From NCBI GenBank assembly GCA_965247115.1, contig CBDFGR010000003.1, positions 96,001 through 160,000 of the forward strand: a stretch of 64,000 nt of DNA. The letters run 5' to 3'. Source of the DNA: Myxococcota bacterium. Its GTDB lineage: Bacteria > Myxococcota_A > UBA9160 > SZUA-336. Shown piece by piece: positions 55,068 through 64,000 of the stretch. The number at the start of each line of letters is the position of its first letter. Positions within the stretch are counted from its first letter, which is position 1. A model generated the notes under the pieces. That model worked only from the letters and a program-made list of their open reading frames with translations. It did not search any database and was not told the DNA's origin. The position numbers and the translations under genes were made by a program.

Positions 55068-57620
55068 CTAGGGCGAGCGGTCGTCGCGGTCCCTCTCCAG
55101 ATCGTAACCCAAGACCCTGGCCCGCCGACCGAGACCGAGGAGATTCAGAACCAGCACAAAGCGCGTCTCCCGCGGACGGGTTTTGTGCTCAATGGCAGCA
55201 ATCAGGTCCCAGCAGCCGCAACCCGAGGTCAGGACGAGGCCCGTGGCCCCCGAGCCGTTGGACGCCGACTGCAGGGTCACATAGCCCTGTGCAAACAGCC
55301 GCACCCGCTTCGAGATGGCCAGCTCGCCGTTGATGTTGAGTTGCTTGACCGTGTCGCCGCTCTCGAACCGCCCGTAGACGTCGTCGTTGAACTGGAAGTT
55401 CTCAAAGCCCACCGAGGCGTCGCGCAGGTAGCGGTAGCGCAGGGCAAGGAAGTTGTCGCCCTGCCCCCGCCAGCTCAGGCCGATCTCCGCATCGCCGAGC
55501 TCCTTCTCCGCGAGCTCGTAACCTACGTCCCAATCGAGCCTCAGTCTCGGACTGACGACCCAATGACCCTCCACGAACAGGCGCGTCCACTCGTCTTGCA
55601 GGAAGTCGTAGCCTGAGCCGACGTTCAGCTTCACGATCTCCGACCCTCGTCTGCCGCTGGCCGCGTCCGTGCGGTAGAAGTAGTTCACGAGCTGAACCAG
55701 GAGGAAGCGCTCGTCCGCGACCCGATCACTCGGGTTGCGGGTCAGCACGCGCAGGTCTCCGTCGATCAGGCGCCGGAGACGAACGCTAGAGGCGGGAATG
55801 AACAGCGGATGTTTTTTCTGATCGGGCGTCGACAGAAAAGCGAAGCCCAGCCGCGGCTCCACGACGTGCCGCACCCCCCCGCCGAGTTGAAGGTCCTTTG
55901 AGAAACGGCTGCGGGCCTCGAAGCGACCCGTCCAAAGGCCGCGGCGCTCGGAGGAGGCGCGCTCGGGGAAGTAGAGTGTCTCGCGGTAGCCGATCTCGCT
56001 CAACGTCTCGACGATGCCGACGCGCATGGGCAGATAGGTATGCGGGTATACGTCGAGGCGATGGCCCCAGTCCGCGAGTACCTCGCCTTCCTGAAAGAGT
56101 CCGTCTCCCTGCGAGAACTGATCCGCGGTCCTTCCGGGAAAGAGGAAATCGTCGTTGCTGTTGTCGCCGCCCGTGAAAGCGCCCAGCGAGTCGGGCTCGT
56201 GCGGATTGAAGAGCGCGTCCTGGCCCGTGTCGAAGAACTGCCCGTTCACCGGCGTGAAGCCGTCGATCTGCCTGCTCCGGTCAAAGCGGTAGAAGTAGTC
56301 GTAGCGGCTCTCGACGCCGAAGCGCAGCGGCGTCCCCCCGAGCTTGCCAGGCAGCGTGGCGATCCGCACCTCGGGTAGCGGCTGTAGTAGGTAGTCATCC
56401 CGGTCGAGGTCGTTCGGGCTCTGCAAGTCGTCTGCGAGCGAGAGCTCGACGCCGGCATAGAGCGCATCACGCGCGTAGCTGTACCAGGCGGAAGACCACA
56501 GGAAGCGGGCGTGGCGCAGTGTGTCGTCCCCGCGTCGCTGCGAGAGCGAGATGGAGCTCCCATTCCGACCTGACGCGTGGGGGTCGTCATCGAGGTAGCC
56601 ACCAGCCTCCTGCTCCAGGAGGCCCAGCGTGAGGTCGCGGAAGTCGATGATGTAGTCGTTGTCGCTCACTCGCTTGATCGACGCGCCGAGCCGGATTCCC
56701 GGCGCCAGGGGCTGCTCGTGCCTCAGCCAGAGCGCCCAGCGATCGTCGCCGTAGCGCGTCTCCGGGTCGTCGCGATCGACGACGTTGTCGCTGGGCAGCA
56801 CAGCCGCACCTCCTTCGCTCCAGCCGGACTCGCCGAACAGGTACTCAAAGGACGCGCTGTACTTCATGCCCCTGCGCCCGATCAGCCTCGGACGGGCCAG
56901 CACATTGAGATTCTCGGCAGCCGCCCAGAAGAAAGGCACCTCGACCTCGACACCGTCGCGGGTGGAGGTGCTGTAGGTGGGCAGCAGGAAGCCGGTCTGT
57001 CGCTCCGTCTTGGCGGGAAAGATGGCCCACGGCATGTACACGATGGGCAGTCCCAACGTCTTGAACCACAGGTTCCTGGCAACGCCGTACCCACCGATCT
57101 CGACGTTCGCCTCGCTCACGTCGACCTCCCAGGGGGGCGTCGACTCTCCGCTGGCCTTTGGCGGGCAGCGGCAGGCGGTGAGCGTGCCATGCTCGATGCG
57201 GTAGCGGTTGAGGCCTGTTCGCTGGATCGACCGTCCGCCGGCGATCAGGCCAGGCTTGCTGCTGTCCAGGGTCGCCTCTCCCGCCAGGGACACGCCCGTG
57301 TTCATGTTCAGGGCCAGGTACTCCGCCTCGACGACCTGGTCTCCATCCTCCATGCGCACGTTCCCGGTGGCGACGCCGACTCCGGTCGGAACGCTGAAGG
57401 TCACCCAATCGGCGATCAGGACCTGCCCATCTTCCTGGACGATGCGGACGTTACCGGTCGCCTCGTACAGGTCCCGAGCGTCGTCGAACTCCAGCTCGTC
57501 GGCGGTGAGCTCGTAGCTCGGGCGCTGGCCACCCTCGGCGATCTGGCCGAGGGCTGCGCCTGGCAGCAGCAGGCCACAGAAGACGAGGGCAGCAGCAGCG
57601 GGGCGGAGGGGGCGCACCAC
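55068..57620 (-). CDS. lptD: LPS-assembly outer membrane protein LptD
   Basis: Signal peptide, ELTADEL..EATGNVRI, TACRCP..PW, ERQTGFLLP, VPFFWA, VVEPRL, C-terminal GCGCW and terminal beta strand. Confidence 0.85.
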   Translation of the reverse strand: MVRPLRPAAAALVFCGLLLPGAALGQIAEGGQRPSYELTADELEFDDARDLYEATGNVRIVQEDGQVLIADWVTFSVPTGVGVATGNVRMEDGDQVVEAEYLALNMNTGVSLAGEATLDSSKPGLIAGGRSIQRTGLNRYRIEHGTLTACRCPPKASGESTPPWEVDVSEANVEIGGYGVARNLWFKTLGLPIVYMPWAIFPAKTERQTGFLLPTYSTSTRDGVEVEVPFFWAAAENLNVLARPRLIGRRGMKYSASFEYLFGESGWSEGGAAVLPSDNVVDRDDPETRYGDDRWALWLRHEQPLAPGIRLGASIKRVSDNDYIIDFRDLTLGLLEQEAGGYLDDDPHASGRNGSSISLSQRRGDDTLRHARFLWSSAWYSYARDALYAGVELSLADDLQSPNDLDRDDYLLQPLPEVRIATLPGKLGGTPLRFGVESRYDYFYRFDRSRQIDGFTPVNGQFFDTGQDALFNPHEPDSLGAFTGGDNSNDDFLFPGRTADQFSQGDGLFQEGEVLADWGHRLDVYPHTYLPMRVGIVETLSEIGYRETLYFPERASSERRGLWTGRFEARSRFSKDLQLGGGVRHVVEPRLGFAFLSTPDQKKHPLFIPASSVRLRRLIDGDLRVLTRNPSDRVADERFLLVQLVNYFYRTDAASGRRGSEIVKLNVGSGYDFLQDEWTRLFVEGHWVVSPRLRLDWDVGYELAEKELGDAEIGLSWRGQGDNFLALRYRYLRDASVGFENFQFNDDVYGRFESGDTVKQLNINGELAISKRVRLFAQGYVTLQSASNGSGATGLVLTSGCGCWDLIAAIEHKTRPRETRFVLVLNLLGLGRRARVLGYDLERDRDDRSP

Positions 57621-57650
57621 CCACCTTCTTAACCCGGCGTCGGCTCCGGT

Positions 57651-58265
57651 TCAAGCGGAGAGCTTTTCGAGCTCCTCTACCTCGAGGACGGCCAGCTGGT
57701 CGTCGACAAGCCGGATCACGCGGTCGTCGAGCAAGGCCTGCAGACAGACATAGGCGTCGTGCATCGAGACCCCGGCCTGCTCCGCCAGGTCGGCGAGCTT
57801 GCCCTTTACGGCGCTCGGGGTCTCGCCGGAGACGCGAGCCACCAGGATGGCCCGCACGAACAGCTTGCCGGCGTCCCTGGCCCCAGTCTTCGCGCTACGG
57901 CGCTTACTGCGCCGCGGGGCGGGAATGGCGGCGACCTGCGTCTGCCCGAGCTGCTGCGCGAGGTGCCGGAGCAAGCGGAACGAGAACTCCTGGCTGTCGC
58001 GGCAGAGCTCGTTCAAGAGCGGCAGGGTGATGCCCAGGACGGAGACGTCACCCTCGGCCTCGGCCCGGAAGGGATACGGCTTGCCCAGAATGACGGCCGC
58101 CTCGCCAAAGATCTCCCCGTGCGAGACCAGGCGGGGCGCATCGTCCTCGGTGGGGTAGACCCGAACGATACCGGTGCGTACGACGAAGAGGGTATCACCG
58201 GGATCACCCGGCTCTACGATGCACTCGCCACTGGCAAACCAGCGCTCAATTTCCCGTTGATCCAT
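57651..58265 (-). CDS. Crp/Fnr-like cyclic-nucleotide-binding protein
   Basis: GDPGDTLFVVRTG.V, GEIFGEAA, C-terminal HTH-like LADLAEQAG. Confidence 0.75.
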   Translation of the reverse strand: MDQREIERWFASGECIVEPGDPGDTLFVVRTGIVRVYPTEDDAPRLVSHGEIFGEAAVILGKPYPFRAEAEGDVSVLGITLPLLNELCRDSQEFSFRLLRHLAQQLGQTQVAAIPAPRRSKRRSAKTGARDAGKLFVRAILVARVSGETPSAVKGKLADLAEQAGVSMHDAYVCLQALLDDRVIRLVDDQLAVLEVEELEKLSA

Positions 58266-58325
58266 GCGTGGCGCACTATCCCCGTGCCCCAATCGACGCA
58301 AGACCAGGACTGCTTGAGTGAGTCT

Positions 58326-58704
58326 TGTGGGACCCGGCCCGCGGGCGGCCGCGGTCCACCCACCTCCGCTCAGGCCTTCGGCCTTCGCTGCGCGCGCCGC
58401 GTTCCGCGGCGCTTGCAGGGAGGTCCCAAAGAAATCGAACTTGGGGACGGTCCTAAATCCGAACTTATTCCGCGTGAGACGACCGCAGCGACGTCCATAT
58501 GAACGAATGTGCCCGAGAGTCCTACTTCAGTGACCAGAAGTTCCGACTTCGGCCAAACAAGTTCGGATTAAGGACCGTCCCCAAGTTCGGATTCCTACGG
58601 GGCTTGGCACCCATGCAAGTGCCGCAGAAGCGGCGCGCGCAGCGAAGGGCGAAGCCCTGAGCGGAGGTGGGTGGCCCGCGGCCGCCCGCGGGCCGGGTCC
58701 CACA
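58326..58704. repeat. Nested palindromic element: outer inverted repeats of about 90 bp
   Basis: 58326-58417 and 58614-58704 are reverse complements with about 5 substitutions and 1 indel. They enclose the inner element. Confidence 0.9.
58436..58589. repeat. Inner REP doublet-like element, 31-bp arms (1 mismatch), 92-nt spacer, same core as 31138-31214
   Basis: CGAACTTGGGGACGGTCCTAAATCCGAACTT (58436-58466) and AAGTTCGGATTAAGGACCGTCCCCAAGTTCG (58559-58589). Confidence 0.9.
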
Positions 58705-58707
58705 GCT

Positions 58708-59190
58708 CTAGCCGTGGCGGGCTAGGAGCTCGTTGAGCTCTTGGCGGTCGTGGAAGCCTGGGGGGAGGCGTTCGACGATGCGGCCGTCGGGCGAGATGAG
58801 GATGTGGTAGGGGAACTGATCGGCGCCGTAGGCCAGGGCCAGCTCGAGATCTCCGATGGCCACGGGGTAGAGCACACCTTTCTGGGTGACCCAGTCTTCC
58901 ACGAACTTGCGCGGCTCGGTGTCGATGGAGATGGCGAGGACCTCCACTCCGTTCTCCCGGTGAGCGGCGTAGAAGGCGTTCAGCTCCGGCACCTCGCGCA
59001 CACAGGGGGCACACCAGGTGGCCCAGAAGTCGATTAGCACGGTCTTGCCCTGCAGCTCTCGCAACGACACCCGGCCGCCGAAGAGCTGCTCGAGCTCGAA
59101 GGCAGGAGCGGGCTCGCTCTTCCCGGGAGGCTCCGCGCTGCAGCCCAGACAGACTGCCAGGACGCCTGAGAGGACCCACCCGCTTCTCAT
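58708..59190 (-). CDS. TlpA-family thiol-disulfide oxidoreductase (lipoprotein)
   Basis: LIDFWATWCAPC, APAFEL, possible lipobox CLGC. Confidence 0.88.
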   Translation of the reverse strand: MRSGWVLSGVLAVCLGCSAEPPGKSEPAPAFELEQLFGGRVSLRELQGKTVLIDFWATWCAPCVREVPELNAFYAAHRENGVEVLAISIDTEPRKFVEDWVTQKGVLYPVAIGDLELALAYGADQFPYHILISPDGRIVERLPPGFHDRQELNELLARHG

Positions 59191-59268
59191 GACAGCTCTT
59201 TCATCGGAGCCCTGTGCCCCTCGCGCCGTCAGGATAGCCACCCGGTGGAACGGCCGTCCAACTCGATC

Positions 59269-59718
59269 CTAGGAGTCCTCACCTGTGTCCAGAATCAGCG
59301 TGACGGGGCCATCGTTCGTGAGCTCGAGCTCCATCCGAGCCCGAAAGCGTCCGGTCGTAACCGTGACGCCCCGGTTCTCCAGGTCCGCGACCAGGATCTC
59401 GATCAGGCGCTCCGCCTCGTCGGGTGGGGCAGCCGCGTTGTAGCTCGGTCGTCGGCCCTTGCGCGGGTTTCCGAGGAGCGTGAACTGCGACACGATCCCC
59501 AGGGAGCCGCCGGCGTCGAGGACCGAACGGTTCATCTTCCCGGTCGCGTCGGGAAACACGCGCAGGTGGACGAGCTTGTCGGCGAGCCAGCGCGCATGCT
59601 CAGGCTTGTCGCCGACGGCCACGCCAACAAGCACCAGCAACCCGATCCCCATCGCGCCCACCCTCTCTTCGCCAACACGGATCTCCGCCCGACTGACGCG
59701 CTGGGCCACGGCCCTCAC
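59269..59718 (-). CDS. dtd: D-aminoacyl-tRNA deacylase
   Basis: RAVAQRVS, VSQFTL, GRRPSY, NDGPVT. Confidence 0.93.
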   Translation of the reverse strand: MRAVAQRVSRAEIRVGEERVGAMGIGLLVLVGVAVGDKPEHARWLADKLVHLRVFPDATGKMNRSVLDAGGSLGIVSQFTLLGNPRKGRRPSYNAAAPPDEAERLIEILVADLENRGVTVTTGRFRARMELELTNDGPVTLILDTGEDS

Positions 59719-60230
59719 GGCGACTCCTGCCGCGCATACTTTCCGCTGTACACCGCCTCGCCCTCGGTACGCTGGAGAACGATCTGGCAGATGCGCGTGC
59801 CGGGTTGCAGCTGGAGCGGTATTCCCGCGAGGTTGCTCATCTCGAGCACCTGGCGATTCGAGACGCCGGGCTGGATGAAGCCGGAGCTTGCGTGCACGGT
59901 GAGACCGAAGCGCGCGATGCGACTGCGGCCCTCGATCCACCCACAGATGTCTGGCGGGAAGACCAGGCACTCGCGAGTCACTCCGTGGACCGTGCGCCCG
60001 GGCTCGAGCACGTACGGCGACGTGAACGGAACCACCTCGGTCTGCATCAGCGGCTCCTCCTCGTCGCTCACCGGAACCGGGCCGTTCTGGTGCAGGGACA
60101 GAATGCGCAGCTCGCTTCCCAGATGAAGGTCGATCGAGGCCGCACCGATCTGGCACTCCTCGAGCGGCTCCACCCGGAGCCTGCCGAGCTCGATCTCGCG
60201 CAAGATCACGTCCCGGGTCAGAACACTCAT
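59715..60230 (-). CDS. dcd: dCTP deaminase
   Basis: ASIDLHLG, EGRSRIARFGL.VH, IQPG, LEMSN, ICQ, YSGKY. Confidence 0.88.
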   Translation of the reverse strand: MSVLTRDVILREIELGRLRVEPLEECQIGAASIDLHLGSELRILSLHQNGPVPVSDEEEPLMQTEVVPFTSPYVLEPGRTVHGVTRECLVFPPDICGWIEGRSRIARFGLTVHASSGFIQPGVSNRQVLEMSNLAGIPLQLQPGTRICQIVLQRTEGEAVYSGKYARQESP

Positions 60231-60313
60231 GAACTCTCCTCAACCGCCGCCTCCCGAACGTCGCGTTCGGCGGCCGCTTGTCAAGGCACCGACGGCGCGC
60301 CTACGGTGTGCCG

Positions 60314-61102
60314 ATGCATCCTTTCCTGGCGCTCGACCCACCACACCTGTTTGGCCATCGGGGAGCGAGCGGTGAGGCGCCAGAGAACACCATGGTCTCG
60401 TTCGAGCAAGCATGGGCGGCGGGCGTGTCCTACCTGGAGACGGACTGTCACGCAACGCGCGACGGTGTGATCGTATTGCAGCACGACCCGACCCTCGATC
60501 GCACGACGGATGGCGAGGGGCCGGTCAGCGCGCACTCGTACACCGAGCTTCAGCAGCTCGATGCCGGCTATCGCTTCACGCCAGATGGCGGGGTCACCTT
60601 CCCGTTTCGAGGTACGGGGATCCGCGTGCCGCGCCTCTCGGAGCTGATCTCGGCCTTTCCAACAGCCCGGATCAACCTGGAGATCAAGGCGGCGGAGCAA
60701 GCAACGGTCGACGAAGTCATACGCCTGATTCGAAGTGCGAATGCCGAGCACCGCTTCCTGTTGGCGGCGGAGAGCGACGCGATCATGACCAGGATTCGCA
60801 GCGCTTGCCCGGGAACCGCCCTGGGGACGTCCCGTGGCGGAGTCATCGAGTTCTTCACTGCTCTGCAAGAGGGACGTATCGCAGACTTCGCAGCGCCCGG
60901 CGACGCACTTCAGATTCCACCGGCCGCTTTCGGACAGGAGCTAGTGACTCCCGCCTCGATCGAGGCCGCGCACTCGCTGAACATGCAGGTGCACGTGTGG
61001 ACGATCAACGACCCGAGCGAGATGCGGCGTCTGCTTTCACTCGGTGTCGACGGACTGATGTCCGACTACCCCGGCACGCTCGTACGAGAGGCTAGGAGCT
61101 GA
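60314..61102 (+). CDS. Glycerophosphodiester phosphodiesterase
   Basis: [45 protein letters not shown]. Confidence 0.92.
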   Translation: MHPFLALDPPHLFGHRGASGEAPENTMVSFEQAWAAGVSYLETDCHATRDGVIVLQHDPTLDRTTDGEGPVSAHSYTELQQLDAGYRFTPDGGVTFPFRGTGIRVPRLSELISAFPTARINLEIKAAEQATVDEVIRLIRSANAEHRFLLAAESDAIMTRIRSACPGTALGTSRGGVIEFFTALQEGRIADFAAPGDALQIPPAAFGQELVTPASIEAAHSLNMQVHVWTINDPSEMRRLLSLGVDGLMSDYPGTLVREARS

Positions 61103-62156
61103 GCTGCGCGAGCGCCCAGCTCGCGGCATCTGCGAGCACCGGGTCCGGGTCGTCGAGATAACGCTCGACGCTGGGCAGCAGTGCACGGTCACCCAGGTTC
61201 CCTGCGGCTATCAGAGCGTTGCGGCGCAGGCCGTGCAGCTTCGTCCGCTTCATCGATGAGTGACGCAGACGCAGCTTTAGCGCGGCATCGTCCAGACTCA
61301 AGACATCAGCCAGCGATGGCGCGTGCCAGCTGTCACGCGGCTGGAACGCCTCCTCGTCTGCCAACGGCCGACCCGTTCGCTGGTTCCACGGACAGACCTC
61401 CTGGCAAAGATCGCACCCGAACAGATGGTCGCCCAGGCCTGGGCGCAGCCCGGCGGGCACGGACCCGCGCAGCTCGATGGTCAGATAGGAGATGCAAAGC
61501 CGCGCATCCAGCACGCCTGGCTCGGGAAACGCGTCGGTCGGACAGACATCCAGACAGGCCCGGCAGGTGCCACAGTGGTCCACTGCAGGTGGATCCGGAG
61601 CGATCACGAGGTCAGTGAGGACGACTCCAAGGAACAGGTACGACCCCCATTCCGGGTCGATCACGCAGGAGTTCTTCCCGATCCAGCCGACGCCGGCGCG
61701 CTGCGCGAGCAAGCGTTCCGGCACGGGACCTGTGTCGACGTAGGGACGGAATGCGGCCTGTGGGAATTGTCTCTGCAGCGCCGCGATCAGCGCCTCGAGG
61801 CGCGCCGACACCACCCGGTGGTAATCGTCCCCCCAGGCATAGCGGGACACCCATCCCGTATGCTCGGGACGCGCCGCGGTCGAGTCCGGCTCCCCCGTAT
61901 CGTAGGGGACACCGACAACGATGACCGAGCGTGCCCCGGCCAGAACCCGGGTGAGATCCGCGCGCTCTTCGAGACGCCGCCCGATGTAGTCCATCTCTCC
62001 GGCGTAGCCGCGCGCCACCCACTCGCGCACGCGCTGCATCTCCGGATAGGCCTCGACAGGGGTCACGCCGACCCGCGCGATCCCGAGTTCCCGCGCCAGA
62101 ACGTCGAGCCTCTCGCGCAGCGATCTGGCCGACTCATCGCTGACCGGTTCAAGCAT
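61092..62156 (-). CDS. queG: Epoxyqueuosine reductase
   Basis: [55 protein letters not shown]. Confidence 0.95.
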   Translation of the reverse strand: MLEPVSDESARSLRERLDVLARELGIARVGVTPVEAYPEMQRVREWVARGYAGEMDYIGRRLEERADLTRVLAGARSVIVVGVPYDTGEPDSTAARPEHTGWVSRYAWGDDYHRVVSARLEALIAALQRQFPQAAFRPYVDTGPVPERLLAQRAGVGWIGKNSCVIDPEWGSYLFLGVVLTDLVIAPDPPAVDHCGTCRACLDVCPTDAFPEPGVLDARLCISYLTIELRGSVPAGLRPGLGDHLFGCDLCQEVCPWNQRTGRPLADEEAFQPRDSWHAPSLADVLSLDDAALKLRLRHSSMKRTKLHGLRRNALIAAGNLGDRALLPSVERYLDDPDPVLADAASWALAQLSS

Positions 62157-62298
62157 TGCTAGGCTTGCGCCGTGCCGGGACCCACGTGGCCAATCAGCCT
62201 AGCCCTTCCCGAGAGCTCCATCGACCACTCCGGGTTGAGCGGGCAAGCGCTGCGGGCCGGGCCACGCAACTGCGAGCCGCAGGCGAGCGAAGGCGAGT

Positions 62299-62330
62299 GA
62301 CCCGCGGCCGCCCGCGGGTCGGGACCCGCA
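62299..62330. repeat. Solo partial copy of the outer-arm terminal hairpin of 58326-58704
   Basis: GACCCGCGG-CCGC-CCGCGGGTC-GGGACCCGCA compared with GGCCCGCGG-CCGC-CCGCGGGCC-GGGTCCCACA (58673-58704). Confidence 0.7.
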
Positions 62331-62356
62331 ATGCCCGCCCCGGTCCCAAGACAGGG

Positions 62357-62782
62357 ATGTTCACTGACGGCTCGTGCGAGGGGAATCCCGGTCCGGGGGG
62401 CTGGGCCTTCGTGTTCGTCGAGGACGATCGGATCGTGGCAGAGAAGCACGGCCGCGAGCCCGACACGACGAACAATCGGATGGAGCTACGCGCCCTGATC
62501 GAAGCCTACCGCTACTTGCCCGAGGACGAGCGCACCACCGTCTATTCGGACAGTGAGCTGTGCGTCAAGACGATGAACGAATGGGCTCTGCAATGGGAAC
62601 AGCGCGGTTGGCGCAGGAAGGGCGGCGCCATCAAGAACCTCGAGCTCGTCCAGGAGCTCTACGCGCTCGTCAACTCCCATACAGGAGTCGAGCTGCGCTG
62701 GATCCGTGCACACTCGGGCTCGCGCTGGAACGAGTACGTCGACTCGCTTGCCTCGGGCTACCTGCGCGACCGTCGATCCTAG
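62357..62782 (+). CDS. rnhA: Ribonuclease HI
   Basis: FTDGSCEGNPGPGGW, TTNNRMEL, YSDSE, KNLEL, WIRAH..NEYVDSLA. True start may lie upstream (in-frame GTG at 62297). Confidence 0.92.
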   Translation: MFTDGSCEGNPGPGGWAFVFVEDDRIVAEKHGREPDTTNNRMELRALIEAYRYLPEDERTTVYSDSELCVKTMNEWALQWEQRGWRRKGGAIKNLELVQELYALVNSHTGVELRWIRAHSGSRWNEYVDSLASGYLRDRRS

Positions 62783-62815
62783 TCCGGTATCACGCTGCGA
62801 ACGCTCTCGACCACG

Positions 62816-63256
62816 TCAAAACAGCATAGCGTCGAGCGAGTAGGCGCCGGGTCCCAGCAACGCGAAGACCAGGCAGACCACAGCCAGGTTGATGGTGTAC
62901 TCGGCGCCCGGAGGCTCGTTCGTGATCAGATACCCCGCGCCCCGATGACCGATCCGTCCGGCGACGATCATCGTGAGAATCAACAGCAGACATGCGGGAC
63001 GGGTGAACAGCCCCAGGGCGAGCAAGGCGCCCCCGCTGAACTCCGACAGCATGGCCATGCGAGCCTGGATGTGGGGCATCGGCACGCCGAGCTCGTCCAG
63101 CCAGGCAACGAAGCCAGCCATGGTGCCTGTGCCAACCACGCCCAGCTTCCCGAGTGCGTGGATTATGAAACAGACGCCGATGGCAACACGCCCGATCAGC
63201 GCAGCCAGGTCGACCAAGGACTGGCTGGTCCCCGTGAAGAGGGTCTCGAGACTCAT
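62816..63256 (-). CDS. DoxX family membrane protein
   Basis: GGAGG RBS. GRVAIG..FIIHALGKL, EFSGGALLALGLFTR, EY, GPGAYSLD. Confidence 0.9.
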   Translation of the reverse strand: MSLETLFTGTSQSLVDLAALIGRVAIGVCFIIHALGKLGVVGTGTMAGFVAWLDELGVPMPHIQARMAMLSEFSGGALLALGLFTRPACLLLILTMIVAGRIGHRGAGYLITNEPPGAEYTINLAVVCLVFALLGPGAYSLDAMLF

Positions 63257-63264
63257 CGCACACC

Positions 63265-63416
63265 TCCGAGTGAGCTCTCTTGTACCAGATCCGCCCCCGA
63301 TGGAAGGCACCCGGCTCGGATTCTGTGCGTACCCGTCTTCGGGCGGACACCGGAGTGGCCGTATCTGCGAGGGGGTGCGCCTCGAAGACAACCAACTGCG
63401 AGAGAAATCTCTCGGA
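63265..63416. ncRNA. Candidate structured RNA or cis-element, family unknown
   Basis: Nested complementarity: TCCGAG/CTCGGA, CTCTTGTA/TGCGAGAG, GCCCCC/GGGGGT, CCGG/CCGG and CCCG-TCTT-CGGG. Confidence 0.25.
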
Positions 63417-63522
63417 ACTGCTCATCCATAAAGCGTTTCAATACTTTACTCCGGCAAGCGCGGCACCCTGTAGCCGCGGGCGCTGGACTCCGGGCCACTT
63501 CAAGCGGTATATCAGGGTGCGC

Positions 63523-64000
63523 ATGGCTGCCCCCGCCGAGACCCCCCTGCATCTACTCGAGCTGCCGGAGGCACGTCCCGACTCCGCTAGGGTCGCGCTG
63601 CCACCGGCCGACGACTCGCGCGGCGAAGTGGAGTACTGCCTGGTGGACGAGGGTGGGTCCTGGCAGGCAGTACGGCTCGCGGAGCACTCTTACTTCTGGG
63701 AGCGCCCGGACGTCTACGAGTACCTCGTTCGGGACCTGCTCGAGGGCCAGGCAGCGGAGACGATCTCCAGGATGCTCGCGCGCGAGGTCGAGACCGTAGG
63801 GAGCCGTATCGAGCGTCTGCGCCTGCTCGACTTCGGTGCTGGAAACGGCTGGGTCGGCGGCGAGCTCGCCGAACTCGGGGCGCGCCAGATCTACGGCATA
63901 GACCGCTCCCCGGCGGCAGCCTCCGCGGCCGCGCGCGACAATCCCGGTGTATACGAGGACTATCTGGTCATGGACATGCGCCGGCTGAGCGAGGCGCAGC
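63523..64000 (+). CDS. Class I SAM-dependent methyltransferase (partial, runs off the window)
   Basis: Frame open from ATG at 63523. LRLLDFGAGNGWVG and IYGIDRS motifs. Confidence 0.85.
   Translation, partial: MAAPAETPLHLLELPEARPDSARVALPPADDSRGEVEYCLVDEGGSWQAVRLAEHSYFWERPDVYEYLVRDLLEGQAAETISRMLAREVETVGSRIERLRLLDFGAGNGWVGGELAELGARQIYGIDRSPAAASAAARDNPGVYEDYLVMDMRRLSEAQ

Noticed and set aside
63265..63416. 6S RNA or retron msr-msd
   Set aside because: No recognisable 6S motifs or zapA/ygfA context, and no reverse transcriptase nearby. Kept only as an unknown candidate.

Overview
High-GC bacterial chromosome segment. Gene content and order (LptD/LapAB, glnD, glnE, xerD-nucleotidyltransferase-scpAB-rluB) suggest a diderm Myxococcota/deltaproteobacterium-like organism (inference). 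Most of the window is housekeeping: efp, rluB-scpB-scpA, a tRNA nucleotidyltransferase, xerD, glnD, amidase, mutS, DAHP synthase, glnE, lapB-lapA-HIT-ihfB-rpsA, tyrA-hisC-pheA, a trpEGDC(FB)A operon with a trpF-trpB fusion, lptD, dtd, dcd, queG and rnhA. Accessory genes are interspersed: LLM/PPOX oxidoreductases, a Ser/Thr kinase, a Rieske protein and hypothetical lipoproteins. The main observations are (1) an unannotated 28-aa leader peptide with an F-A-F-A-Y-Y-R-W-F run and a complete 1:2/2:3/3:4 attenuator upstream of DAHP synthase, which would sense Phe, Tyr and Trp together; (2) a chromosomal Sul2-like dihydropteroate synthase; (3) a 1396-aa GGDEF-STAND ATPase-HEAT protein; (4) two families of REP-like palindromes, one nested in the other and showing compensatory changes, plus a RAYT-like HUH transposase; and (5) rearrangement scars (truncated LLM gene, IS481 relic, duplicated lapB 3' end). 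No rRNA, tRNA or CRISPR array was found. All calls come from motif recognition by eye and no database searches were run.
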